A DNA stretch of 64,000 nt. Origin: Mobula hypostoma (Eukaryota). The translations under genes and the position numbers were made by a program. Under the pieces are notes generated by a model. It did not search any database and was not told where the DNA came from. It saw only the letters and a program-made list of their open reading frames with translations. The first letter of the stretch is position 1, and every line of letters starts with the position of its first letter. Shown in pieces: positions 26,303-37,855 of the stretch. The DNA is taken from positions 44,084,001 through 44,148,000 of the forward strand of contig NC_086097.1 in NCBI RefSeq assembly GCF_963921235.1, written 5' to 3'.

Positions 26303-26508
26303 ACAATCCTGAAATTTGTTTTCTTCTGGGCATACTCAATAAATCTATAGAATAATAACCATAGCAGAATCAAAGAAATACCACCCAACTAGGACTTTCA
26401 GCCTGCAGGCAAAAGACAACACACTGCACAAATGGAAAAAGAAGAAATAATAATGTTAAATAAATAAGCAATAAACATCGAGAACTTGAGATGAAACTGA
26501 GTTCATTG

Positions 26509-27274
26509 TGTCACACAGGTGAGAAACTGCTAGAAAGTTCAGCAGTCTAATGAACAAGGAGACAATTAAAAGAGAGAGAGAGTACGGCGCGAGCTGAGAC
26601 ACGAGCTGGGAAGTCACCATGGTAACAGCACAGAGCGGTTGAGCTAATGGACGCTGGAATTTTGGATGGATTATAAAAATTGATTCTTCCGTCCGATAAT
26701 GGCGGAGGAGACACTACACGAGAGAACTGCAGAAGCTACCCAAGAAACCACTGGTGGAGTTTAAGACCACCACGAAGGTGGATGCGACAGACTGATTAAT
26801 TTCGACCCGTGATTACCAGTGCAGGTAAGAGCTTGTCTGTGGGGGTCTGCTGGTGGTGAACCCGTGCCGTGGGTTAGTAGACCGTTCCCTTGAAGGGGCT
26901 CTGTCCATCTGTGTCTGTGTGGGGGTCACATGAAGTGACTCTGAAGACTTCGGAAGCAAGAACAACTAAAGCTGCCAACTTGAACATCAACTCAATTAAC
27001 TCTCTCTCTCTTCATCAATTCAACTCGACGCAACACGAAGTGAACTGAACTTACCTGACACCATAAGACTGATATATACCTCCTGGACTATTATTTTTGT
27101 ATCCACACACACATTTACAGATATATATAATAGTTTATAACCTGTGTTGTATTATTCGGTTTAATGATATTAATTCACAGTAGTAATAAATATAGTCTTA
27201 ATTTATAGTAAACCAGACTCCAGGTGTGTTCCATTTCTACTGGTCCTTACCAACCCGTCACGGGGTTCATGACA
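26509..27274 (+). repeat. 5' LTR (766 bp)
   Basis: tgtcac...atgaca, a direct repeat of 32145-32933. I count 8 substitutions in the first ~150 nt. Confidence 0.95.
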
Positions 27275-27277
27275 AAA

Positions 27278-27297
27278 TTGGGGCCTGTGTCCGGGAT
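27278..27297 (+). promoter_or_regulatory. Primer-binding site, tRNA-Pro-like
   Basis: tggggcctgtgtccgggat just after the LTR resembles the PBS-Pro consensus tgggggctcgtccgggat. Confidence 0.7.
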
Positions 27298-27397
27298 CTG
27301 AACAAATTTAGTTGGAGCCAATTTTCGAAATTGTGTGGGGGTTTGTATTGATTGGGGAAATCCCTTGTAATTAATCTGTGTGTGGAAAACAGCAGAA

Positions 27398-30300
27398 ATG
27401 GAGGCTAGTGAATTTATAGAGAACCCTACTCCTCTGTTTTTGAGGAGTGCCAGAAAGGACGTTCTATGTTCCATTGCTAAGAAATGGAAACTTCCTGGAA
27501 TACAGAAAAGTATGACGAAGGCAGGAATTCAGAGGAAAATAGCTGAATACTGTAAACAACAGGAATTCTGCAGATGCTGGAAATTCAAGCAACACACATC
27601 AAAGTTGCTGGTGAACACAGCAGGCCAGGCAGCATCTCTAGGAAGAGGTGCTGCCTGGCCTGCTGCGTTCACCAGCAACTTTGATGTGTGTAGCTGAATA
27701 CTGTGTTGGGATAGAGTTATCTGAGGAGGAGTCGCTACAGGAGTTTCCGATAGGTGATGAGGAGACCCCGTTACGACGAGAACAATCAAGAATGGAGAGA
27801 CTTAAGTTTGAGGCTGCAGAGGCAGAGATACAGAGGGAGTTGGAGAGGGAGGTGCGGCATCAAGAGGGTCAAGTGTCAGGCCGTGGTGGCGAGTGAGGTG
27901 TATCAATTAATGTCAGTAAGGAAATTAAGTTGGTACCTCCGTTTGCTGAAGAAGACGTTGATAGGTACTTCCTACATTTTGAGAAAGCAGCTCAGAATAG
28001 GAAGTGGCCAAGGGTGGACTGGGCAGTATTGCTGCAAAGTGTGTTAAAAGGCGCAGCAAGCATATTCTGCCTTATCTGTGACCGAGTTGACTAATTATGA
28101 TACTGTGAAGGAGGCTGTGCTTAAGGTCTATGAAATGGTGACAGAAGCATACCGACAGAAGTTTCAGGGTTTGAGGAAGTCTGGCTACCAGACATATATA
28201 GAGTTCGCCAATGAAAAGGAGAGGTACTTTGATTGGTGGTGTGCCTCGAAAGAGGTAGACGAGGTAGAGTGTGTCCCTAGTGAGATACAGACGTACGTAG
28301 AAGAGAAAAAGGTTAAGACCCTTTCCGCGGCCGCTAGATTAGTGGATAAGTTTGCCCTGACTCACAAGATTAAGTTTTTCCCGAGCAAGGTTTATCAGAA
28401 GAGTTACCGGGATAATCCGCCGAGTAAAACAGAAAACAAGGCAGGGGTTAGTGACAGAGGTAAAGAGGAGGGGAAACCGACCAAAGATAAGTTTTCCAGT
28501 TTTAACTGTTACTACTGCAGAAAGCCTGGCCATGTGGCATCTAACTGTCTTATTCGGAAGAAAGAAATGGGAAAGGAGAAGGGGAAAACCCCCGAGGCGT
28601 GTGCGCCGGCGGCTGAGACCACACGAAGGAAGGTGGGGTCTGGCCGAGTTCAGGAAGGGATTGAGTGGTTTATTATCAAGGGTTTTGTGTCCATGAAGGA
28701 GGGGTCACCCCTAGTTCCAGTGAGAATCTGGCGCGATACTGGAGCCTTTCAGTCACTGATATTAAGTGATGTCTTAGAATTTGGTGATGAGACAAAAACG
28801 GACTGAGTGAATATTCTGGAAGGTATTGGCAAGGGAACAGAGGTCGTACCTTTGCACAAAATAATTTTGAAATGTGATTTAGTGTCTGGACCAGTTGAGA
28901 TAGGGATACGACCTAAATTACCGATAGCTAACGTGGACGTCTTGTTGGGAAATGACCTGGCAGGAAAAGATGTATACCCGGGGTTACAGCTAACAAGCCA
29001 GCCTGCTGTTAGTGAGACAAGCACAGACAGTGAACAGTGAACTTTATCCCGCATGCGCGGTCACAAGAAGTATGACAAGGAAGTCTGCAGAAGTGAAGCG
29101 ATCTGGATGGGAGGGGTCAGGTGCCCGCGATAGCAAAGACAGGGGTATGGATCCTACTGGCTTATCTGAAACTTTTCTACCGTCTGTGTTCGACCAGGAC
29201 CCAGGTAGTGAGGCGGATAGGAGGGGTTTGTCATTGTCCAGGCGGAAGCTTGTGGAAGAGCAGGATAGGGATCCTGAGGTTGCAGTTTTAAAAGAGACAG
29301 CTCTTTCTGAGGACGAAATTCAGAGGGAGTCAATGAGTTATTATCTGAAGGATGGGCTATTAATGAGGAAGTGGAGGCCACCAACACTACCTGCCGATGA
29401 GGATTGGGCCGTGGTGCACCAGGTGGTGGTTCTGAAGGGTTACTGTACAGAAATTTTAAAGATGGCTCATACAATGCCTTTAGGGGGACATCTTGGAGTT
29501 GGAAAGACAGGGCACAAGATTATGAAAGAATTTCATTAGCCGGGTATAAGAAAGGATGTGGCGTTTTTTTGTAAAACTTGTCACACATGTCAAGTGGTAG
29601 GAAACCGAATCAGACTATCCCAAAAGCGCCACTTCGCCCCATACCAGCTTTTGGCGAACCTTTCTCCAGGGTCAATGTGGATTGTGTTGGTCCACTGCCA
29701 AAGACTTCAGGTGGCCACCAATACTTGTTAACCATTATGTGCACTGCCTCTAGGTTCCCAGAAGCAATACCCCTCAGGAACCTAAAGGCTAAAACAGTGG
29801 TGAAGGCACTTATTAAGTTCTTCACGTTAGTGGGTCTGCCCAAGGAGATACAATCAGATCAGGATAGTAATTTTACATCAGGTGTATTCTAATGGATAGT
29901 TAAGGAACTGGGAGCGAAACAAATTTTATCCATGGCATACCATCCGCAATCCCAGGGAATGATAGAGAGGTTTCAATCTACCCTCAAAACCATGATTAAA
30001 ATGTGCTGTATGGAAAACGAAAAACATTGGGATGAGAGTATACTTTTACTCCTATTTGCAATAAGAGATTCGACCCAGGAATCGTTGGGGTTCAGTCCGT
30101 TTGAGCTCGTGTTTGGTCATAGGCCTCGAGGACCTTTGACCTTACTGAGAGAGCAATGGTCTGATAAGGAAGCGCGAATTGGTGTATTGGATTATGTCTT
30201 AGAGTTTCAAGACAAGCTGAGCAGGGCTTGTGACCTTGCGAAACACAATCTGCAAGACTCTCAGGCTGATATGAAGCGCTGGTATGACAGACAGGTGAGG

Positions 30301-32017
30301 GAGCGAAGCTATGAGGTTGGAGATAAGGTCTTGGTTTTGTTTCCCTTGGAGAATAACCCTCTCCAGGCTCAATTTAGTGGACCTTATGAAATAATGAGGA
30401 AAATTGATGAGTTGAACTATGTTATCAGGACACCTGGTAGAAGGAAGACCACTCAATTAGTGCGTGTGAACCTAATCAAACCTTATTTTAATTCTAAATC
30501 CATATCAGTTGGGGTCACGACCAAACAAGACCCAGCTGCAAAGACTAGCCCAGAGATAACGGGGGAGTGTAATGAGCAGTGTCTGGTTTCAGCTCAACTC
30601 AAGAATGCTAGTGTTTTGGAGAACATAGACAGTAAAATTAACCACCTGGAACCGAAACAACAGCAACAGATAAAGGAGCTAATTGGCAAACATTCCGATC
30701 TATTCCCAGATACACTGAGGCCGTGTAGTATAGCTACCCATGATGTCATTGTGGGGCAGGCTGATCCAGTGAAACAGCACCCCTACAGGATGAATTTAGA
30801 ACGTAGTAAAGTAGTGGAACAGGAAATCGAATATATGTTGGCCAATGGTATAATCAGGCCAAACACCTCTGCGTGGGCTTCCCCGTGCGTGATAGTTCCC
30901 AAGCCCAATGGTACAATGAGATTTTGCACAGATTATAGAAAGGTCAACGCAATAACCAAAACAGATGCTTACCCTGTTCCCAGAATAGATAACTGCATCG
31001 ATAGGATGGGAAAGGCTAAGTACCTAACAAGATTTGACCTGCTAAAAGGGTACTGGTGTGTTCCCTTAACAGATAGGGCTCGAGAGATATCGGCATTCGT
31101 CACCCCCTCGGGGTTGTACGAGTATAATGTGATGCCTTTCGGGATGAAGAATGCCCCTGGGACATTCCAACATATGATAAACTCTGTGATTCAAGGCTTG
31201 AAGAATACTGGGGCCTACATTGACGATTTAGTCGTATGGAACGACATGTGGGAGGAACACATTGTAACAGTAGAGAAGTTATTTGATCAGCTCTCTAAAG
31301 CTAATCTGACAGTGAACCTTGCCAAGAGTGAGTTTGGTCATGCCAGGGTCACATATCTTGGTTATGTAGTGGCCACGGTCAACTGGCTCCTGTGAAAGGG
31401 AAAGTTCAGGCTATCGCTGATGTCCCTATTCCAGCAGGTAAGAGTGCGTTGAGAAGGTTTTTAGGTGTGGTGGGGTATTATTGAAAATTTTGCAAGAACT
31501 TTGTGGATATTGCCCCTCCACTGACAAGACTGTGAGAAAGAGTGAACAATTTGTGTGGGATAAGCGTTGCCAAGAGGTGTTCGAACAGTTAAAGGGTATT
31601 CTGTGTCACCATCCAGTGCTAAAGGCACCGGACTTCACTAAGCCGTTCTCCCTAGCAACGGACACTAGCGATGAAGTTGCAGGGGCGGTGCTATTACAGA
31701 GAGGAGATGATGGTATTGAACATCCGGTGGCATACTTTTCCAAGAAGTTTAATGTGCACCAGAAAAATTACTCCACAATAGAAAAGGAATTGCTGTCCCT
31801 CATTTTTACATTATAACATTTCGAGATTTACATTAGTCCTGCACAAAAGCCGTTAGTGGTGTGCACTGACCACAACCCTTTGGTGTTTTTAGATAAGATT
31901 AAAGATCAAAATCGGCGTTTATTAAACTGGAGCCTGTGTTTACAGCAGTTTGATATCGAGATAAGACACTGAAGGGGTACAGACAATGTCATTGCGGATT
32001 GCCTATCCCGCTGTTAA
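27398..32017 (+). pseudogene. gag-pol: gag-pol polyprotein remnants (CCHC, protease, integrase, RT, RNase H)
   Basis: CYYCRKPGHVASNC (~28507); RDTGA (~28732); H..GGHLG, CxxC, DCVGPL, SDQ and HPQSQGMIER (integrase, ~29460-30000); FCTDYRKVN, MPFGMKNAP and YIDD (RT); DTS..GAVL, EKE and TDH (RNase H). Several stops and frameshifts. Confidence 0.92.
27554..27690. mobile_element. 137-bp fold-back insertion of PLE 3' terminus inside gag
   Basis: TSD tagctgaatactgt (27540-27553, 27691-27704). A 48-bp stem (27592-27639 / 27644-27691) has 2 non-Watson-Crick positions and an agga loop. Confidence 0.9.
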
Positions 32018-32131
32018 AAAAGCTGACGAATTGTGTAAATGCTTAAAGTACACTCTGTGAAGTAGAATGTAGTGCTTGGTGTGTAGAGTCTGTGAGTGAA
32101 CAAAATTTTGCTTCAAGATCAACATTTTCCC

Positions 32132-32144
32132 AAAAGGGGGAAGG
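32132..32144 (+). promoter_or_regulatory. Polypurine tract
   Basis: aaaagggggaagg abuts the 3' LTR. Confidence 0.85.
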
Positions 32145-32933
32145 TGTCACGCAGGTGAGAAACTGCTAGAAAGTTCAGCAGTCTAATGAACAAGGAGGCA
32201 ATTAAAAGAGAGAGAGAGTACAGCGCGAGCTGAGACACGAGCTGGGAACTCACCACGGTAACAGCTCAGAGTGGTTGAGCTAACGGACGCTGGAATTTTG
32301 GATGGATTATAAAAAGTTGGTCCTTCGGTCCGATAACGGCAGAGGAGACACGACACGAGAGAACTGCAGAAGCTACCCGAGACACCACTGGTGGAGTTTA
32401 AGACCATCACGAGGGTGGAGGCGACGGACCGATTAATTTCGACCCGTGGTTACCAGTGCGGGTAAGAGCTTGCCTGTGGGGGTCTGCTGGTGGTGAACCC
32501 GTGCCGTGGGTTAGTAGACCGTTCCCTTGAAGGGGCTCTGTCCATCTGTGTCTGTGGGGAGGGTCACACGATGTGACTCTGAAGACTTTGGAAGCAAGAA
32601 CAGCTAAAGCTGCCAACTTGAACATCAACTCAATTAACTCTCTCTCTCTCTCCGTCAATTCAACTCGATGCAACACAAAGTGAACTGAACTGCTTAAACT
32701 TACCTGACACCGTAACATTGATATCTACCTCCTGGATTATTATTTTTGTACCCACACACACACATTTACAGATATATATATATATAAAATAGCTTATAAC
32801 CTGTATTGTATTATTCTGTTTAATGATATTAATTTGTAGTAGTAATAAATATAGTCTTAATTTATAGTAAACCAGACTCCAGGTGTGTTCCATTTCTGCT
32901 GGTCCTTACCAACCCGTCACGGGGTTCGTGACA
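32145..32933 (+). repeat. 3' LTR (789 bp)
   Basis: tgtcacg...cgtgaca 7-bp terminal inverted repeat, with AATAAA near the end. Confidence 0.95.
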
Positions 32934-34396
32934 ATTGGTTGTGGGAACATTTCAATGATGGGGTAAGTGAAGTTGAATGGTTATCTCCTTTGGTTTCAGA
33001 GCCTGATGGTTGGGGGTTAATAACTGTTCCTGAACCTGGTAGTGTGAGTCCTGAGGCTCCTGTACCTTCTCCCTGATGGCAACAGTGAGAGAGAGGACGT
33101 TCTGGGTGATGGGACACCTGCCTAAGCAAGAACCTGGACCTGCTGCAAAGTGCCTATCACCACAATAGATGTAGCGTGAATGCAATCTCACTGGCTCTCC
33201 ACTTGGCCCTGGATTGTCTGGACGATAGTAATACAGCTCAGTGTGTAACACAACCATGCCCTCAGTTCTAATCAACAAGCTCCAAAACCTGGGCCTCTGC
33301 ATCTCCATCTGCAACTGGATCCCTTAACCTCTTCACCAGAAAACCACAGTCTGTGTGGATTGGAAATAACATCTCCTTCTCACTGACAATCAACCCTAGC
33401 GGCCGTCAAAGATGTGTGCTTAGCCCACTGCTCTAGTCTCTCTACATCCATGATTGTGTGGCTAGGCAGAGCTCACACAGCTCAAACACCATCTATAAAT
33501 CTGTCAACGACACAACTGTTTTTGGAAGAATTTCAGATGGGTCCCGGAAGAAGATGATGCCAGCAGACAACACGACCAAGGGCGACATCCTTCAGACAGG
33601 ATGGTCTGCTACTGTTGGAGCCTGTGATCTACATTTTGCTTGTGTATTTTCGGGCTGATTGAGCAATCTGGTGCTTTTATGTCTCCGAGGGAGTTCAGCG
33701 AGGTTTTGAGCAGAGGTCATGGCCTGGAGGCCAAGAAGCCTGGAGACGGGGCATGAGCCCATGACTGCCTCCATTTCTTGTTGATCCCGCCGATTAAAGT
33801 GTCGAGAAAGGTTGAAATCAAGAAGGACGAGAGCAGTATGTGGGGCTGTTCCATACCATATACCTGCATATGAACAGTTTCACTCTCCCTCTCACCTGCT
33901 ACTCCCGGAGGAAGGTTCCTTCATACTATATAAATGGTCTTTCCCTCCCTCTCTCTCACTCGATGCTGCTGGTGTTCATGGGTCTTAGGCGAGGTTTAAT
34001 TGATGCGGTTTGTGGATTGAACTTTGTAGCTCAATCCACAAACTACCATCAACGCTGCCCTCATCCGCGTCTCTTACATTTTTCACACATCTGCCCTCAC
34101 CTCATCCTCCCACCACCCCACCAACGATAGGGTTCCTCTTGTCCTCACTTACCACCCCACCAGACTTCATCTCCAGCACATAATTCTCTGTAACTTCTGC
34201 CACCTCCAACAGGATCCCATTCCCTAAACAACACCCTTATCCATTCATCCCTCCCCCACTGATCTCCCTCCTGGCACTTATCCTTGCAAGCGGAACAAGT
34301 GTCACACCTGGCCCTACATCTTCTCCCTCGCTACCATTCAGGGCCACAACAGTTCTTCTGGGTGAGGCGACAATTCACCTGTGAGTCTGTTGGAGT

Positions 34397-35238
34397 TGTG
34401 ACGAGAATACACATAAAATTAAGATGTTTGCTGGCCTGGGCTAGCATCAGTGGCATCAGCAGTTGGTCTGCCACCTGCCCTCAGGGGAAGGAGAGATAAG
34501 GAACAATGGAGCAGCGTCTGGAGATGTGTAATGAAGGGACGTGGGAGAGAGAGCTGTCTGGAGCGGCTCCCCCTTTGAACCCTGAACTGTTTGAAGTGGT
34601 GGACAGGCGATGCCCCAGCAGGGGGATAAAAAGGGACAGGTTCGCTAAGGCAGACACACGCCACCCGAGGTAACGAGACCCTGGAAGCGGTGCGCCTCTC
34701 ACGAGTGGGTGAGAAGTACCAGACAACGACCAGGGTGGAAAGGTACGATCAGCGGGAACCCGTTGTGTGTCCGCCCTTGCCTGGGTGCCGGGTTCACTGC
34801 AGAGGATCGACTGCATCTGGAGGAGGGGTCACAGTTGGTGACCTCAGGTGACATCACCAAGGACCTGCCCAAAAGTTGCTTGTGAGCAATCTCGCCGGTC
34901 TGTGAGTGAAGCCGTTCTGAATGATCAGTTGTTCCTGTTCTATCTCTCTCTTCCCCCCCACGTTGTCCATCGCCATGGCAATGATTACTGCGAACTGAAC
35001 TTTGAGACACTTTGAAATTTGGTCATTTACCCCTAGACAACGATAGAGCTTGATTGATGCTGTTATCTTAATTCTGTGCACATGTGTGTTTATCATCGCT
35101 GAACTGTTGCATTTATTATCCTTTCGATTACTGTGTTGCTTGTTTCTTTAATAAAACTTTCTTAGTTCTAGTAATCCAGACTCCAACTGAGTGATCCATT
35201 TCTGCTGGTTTGGCAACCCAGTTACGGGGTACGTAACA
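34397..35238 (+). mobile_element. Solo LTR (842 bp), Gypsy/Gmr1-related
   Basis: tgtgac...gtaaca termini and 4-bp TSD gagt (34393-34396, 35239-35242). It has a TATA-like gataaaa (~34625) and AATAAA (~35150), and its 3' end resembles the Gmr1-like LTR. Confidence 0.85.
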
Positions 35239-35786
35239 GAGTCATATACAGTATCCGGTGCTCCTGATGTGGCCTCCTGTATATCACTGAGCAGCTACAC
35301 GCCATCTGCCAAAAAAAGTGGGATCTCCTTGTGGGCACCTATTTTAATTCCACCTCCCATTCCCATTTCAACACGTCAGTCGATGATCTCCTCTACTGTC
35401 ACGATGAGGCCACACTCAAGTTGGAGGAGCAACACTTTATATTCTGTCTGGTTAGCACCTGATGGAATGAACATCAATTTCTCAAACTTCCAGTAATGGC
35501 CCCCCTAACTTCACCATTCCCCATTCCTGTTTCCATCTCTCACCTTATCTCCTTGCCTGCCTACCACCTCCCTCTGGTGTTCCTCCTCCTTCCCCTTCTT
35601 CCGTGGTCTTCTGTCCTCTCCTATCAGGTTGCCTCTTCTGCAGCCATTTATCACCTTCACCAATCAACTTCCCAGCTCTTTACTCCTTCACCCCTCCCCC
35701 TCTCCTGGCATCATCTATCACCTACAACCTTATACTTCTTCCTCTCCTCCCCCCACCTTCTTACTCTTACTTCTCCTCTTCCTTTC

Positions 35787-35824
35787 TAGTCCCGATGAAG
35801 GGTCTTGGCCTAAAACGTTGACTG
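35787..35824 (+). ncRNA. Hammerhead motif copy, mutated
   Basis: tagtc CCGATGA agggtcttggcct AAAAC GTT gactg. Confidence 0.5.
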
Positions 35825-37664
35825 TTTACTCTTTTCCATGGCTGCTGCCTGACCTGCTGAGTTCCTCCAACATTTCGTGTGTCTTGCTTTGGATTTCCAG
35901 CATCTGCAGATTTTCTCCTGTTTGAGTTCACATTGTGATACGTTTCTGGTTTCTAGTCTCTCCTTTTATTTGTTGCTATTTTGTGTGATTTTGAATGGGG
36001 CAGTCCAGCGCTTGTGCCTGCAGATTGCAAGAGACTTGGCGCTGAATTGAACTGAGCTGAGTTGAACTGAATATACTTGGACTCTTTCAATAACTTTTGT
36101 GATTTGCTGTTTTGCATTCTGTGTTTCTCGCTTGTTTTTTTGCGGTTTGTGCAGTTTGTTCTTTTTTTTGCGTGTTGGGACTTTGATGTTTTCCATTAAA
36201 AGGGTTCCATGGTTTTCTTTGTTTTGTGGCTGTCGGTGGGAAGATGAAACTCAGGGTTGTATACTGCATGAATGCTTTGATAATAAATGTACTTTGAACT
36301 TTGAAGGCATGAAGGAGCTGGTTGAGTGGCGTTGCAGCACAACTTTGTGCTCAACATCAACAAGACCAAGGGATTACTTGTGGACTTCTGGAAGGGGAAG
36401 CCGAGGGAACACACACCAGTCCTCATTGAGGGATAAGGACTGGAAAGAGGGAGCAGTTTTAAGTACCTGCATGTCAACATCTCTGAATGTCTATCCCAGG
36501 CCCGACATATTGATGCAATTACAAAGAAGTCACGACAGCAGTTATATTCCATTGGGAGTTTGAGGAGAATTGATATGTCACCAAAGACACTTGCAAATTT
36601 CTACAGATGTACTATTCTAACTGGTTGTAACGCCTTCTGGCTTGGAGGGGCCACGGCACAGGATTGGAAAAAGTTACTGAAAGGTGTAAACTCAGCCAGC
36701 ACCATTATGGGCACTAGCCTCCCTTCCATCATCAAGTTTCTGAATGAACATTGAAGCCATAAACTATTTTTTTCCCTCTTTTTTTTGCACTACGTATTTA
36801 ATTTAATTTTGTTTTTATATCCCTTTATTGTAATTTATAGTTTTTATTATTCTGTATTGCAATGTACTGCTACTGCAAAGCAATACATTTCATGACATAC
36901 TGTTTGCCAATGTTATTAAACCTGATTCTGATTCACTAAGCTTTGTCCTGGATGGACTTTCAATCATAGCTATAGGGCAGTGAGAATATAAGTGAGTTAT
37001 GTTTTCTGACTAAACTGAGTTAAGGCTTTTAAACGGGATCTAGTATATGTGTGTGTGTTATGTTTTTTAATTAATATTTTAATGGTTCTTGAATGCTTTT
37101 CAAAGTTAGAGATAAACTGTGTTTAATTTAATGCATGAGGCTTAACAGGAAAGGCTGAAGAACTAAGAACATGAATCTGTGGTTCCTTTTTTGAATTATG
37201 GAACAGCATTGGCTCCTTGCCTGTCCGCCAGGATCTTGTCTGTGGCTAGAAAGGGCACAAGGATAATGGTCAAGGCAACAGCATTCTGTTCCGTTGCCAT
37301 TCTCAGTTACATGGATATGTCCCCTCAGGCCATGGGGACTTATCATTTTGTGTCAGAGTTATCTTATGTACAGATACTACTGTCCCTAAACGCCACTTTG
37401 TGAACATACAATCAGTCTATTTATATAAGCTAATCTTATGTATTTATATTTATTGCAGTTTTATTGTTTTTTGTTCTATAGTGGTTTTTATGATCATCTG
37501 ATTCCAAGTTGCAATCATTTTGTTTTCCTTTACACTTGTGTACTGAAAAATGACAATAAACAATCTTGAACCTTAAAACTGTGTAATTTAAGGATATTTG
37601 GAAGCCATCACAAATATGAGAAAGATATTCAGAGTGTCATAGCAGAGTATTTCTATGCATGAGC

Positions 37665-37855
37665 TGTTGCGTCTATGCACAACTACATATCAATTAAATA
37701 AAAGCATGCACATGGGAGATAGCTTTAACTGGTGTATTCACATTGCAATGAGAGCGAGAGAGAGAACAATATGCATACGTAGACAACATATCAATACGTG
37801 GTGCTAAGGGGCGGGGAGGATCATTGCTCTGAAAGAAATAGATCAATACGTTACA
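37665..37855 (-). repeat. 3' LTR (191 bp)
   Basis: TG...CA termini, adjacent to a PPT, homologous to 41957-42157. Confidence 0.85.

Larger units (their letters stand above)
26509..32933 (+). mobile_element. Gmr1-like Gypsy LTR retrotransposon, full-length and disabled
   Basis: Two LTRs (TG...CA), TSD attg (26505-26508, 32934-32937), PBS, PPT, and gag-PR-INT-RT-RH domain order. Confidence 0.95.
25651..33115 (-). mobile_element. Inverted Rex1 3' end fragment (about 0.4 kb net) hosting the SINE-like insert and the Gmr1-like element
   Basis: Tail tcaaagttcaaagtaaatttattatc at 25651. The reverse complement encodes PSGRRYRSLRTHTTRFRNSY near 33020-33080. The flanks carry acctg direct repeats (25646-25650, 33116-33120). 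Confidence 0.7.
34037..35925 (+). mobile_element. Neptune-type PLE 3' part (GIY-YIG plus 3' region), split by a solo LTR
   Basis: RVPLVLTYHPT..LQHIIL, YPCKRNKCHT and FTCESVG | VIYSIRCS. It ends ccagcatctgcagattttctcctgtttg like the other copies. Confidence 0.85.
33541..36304 (+). mobile_element. Non-autonomous LINE/SINE-like element interrupted by a PLE
   Basis: Interrupts the Rex1 RT after GRISDG. Its 5' part (33541-34036) has no ORF, and its 3' part (35926-36304) ends tgataataaatgtactttgaactttga like 7570-7792. Confidence 0.5.
25385..36934 (+). mobile_element. Single Rex1/Babar LINE split into three pieces (25385-25650, 33116-33540, 36305-36934) by nested insertions
   Basis: The pieces are colinear: KTCANQLAGVFEDIFNLSL...LNDYHPVPL; then LDLLQSAYHHNR...CNWIL...CVLSPLL...DTTVFGRISDG; then LVEW...LNINKTK...FKYL, ending in a (ctgatt)n tail. 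Confidence 0.75.

Noticed and set aside
29012..31395. Copia classification based on INT-before-RT order
   Set aside because: The RT motifs (FCTDYRKVN, MPFGMKNAP, YIDD), the GPY integrase tail and the 4-bp TSD are Gypsy-type, which indicates Gmr1-like.
34397..35238. Endogenous retrovirus or novel ORFs in the GC-rich block
   Set aside because: TG..CA ends, a 4-bp TSD and U5 similarity to the Gmr1-like LTR identify a solo LTR. There is no env or other coding signal.
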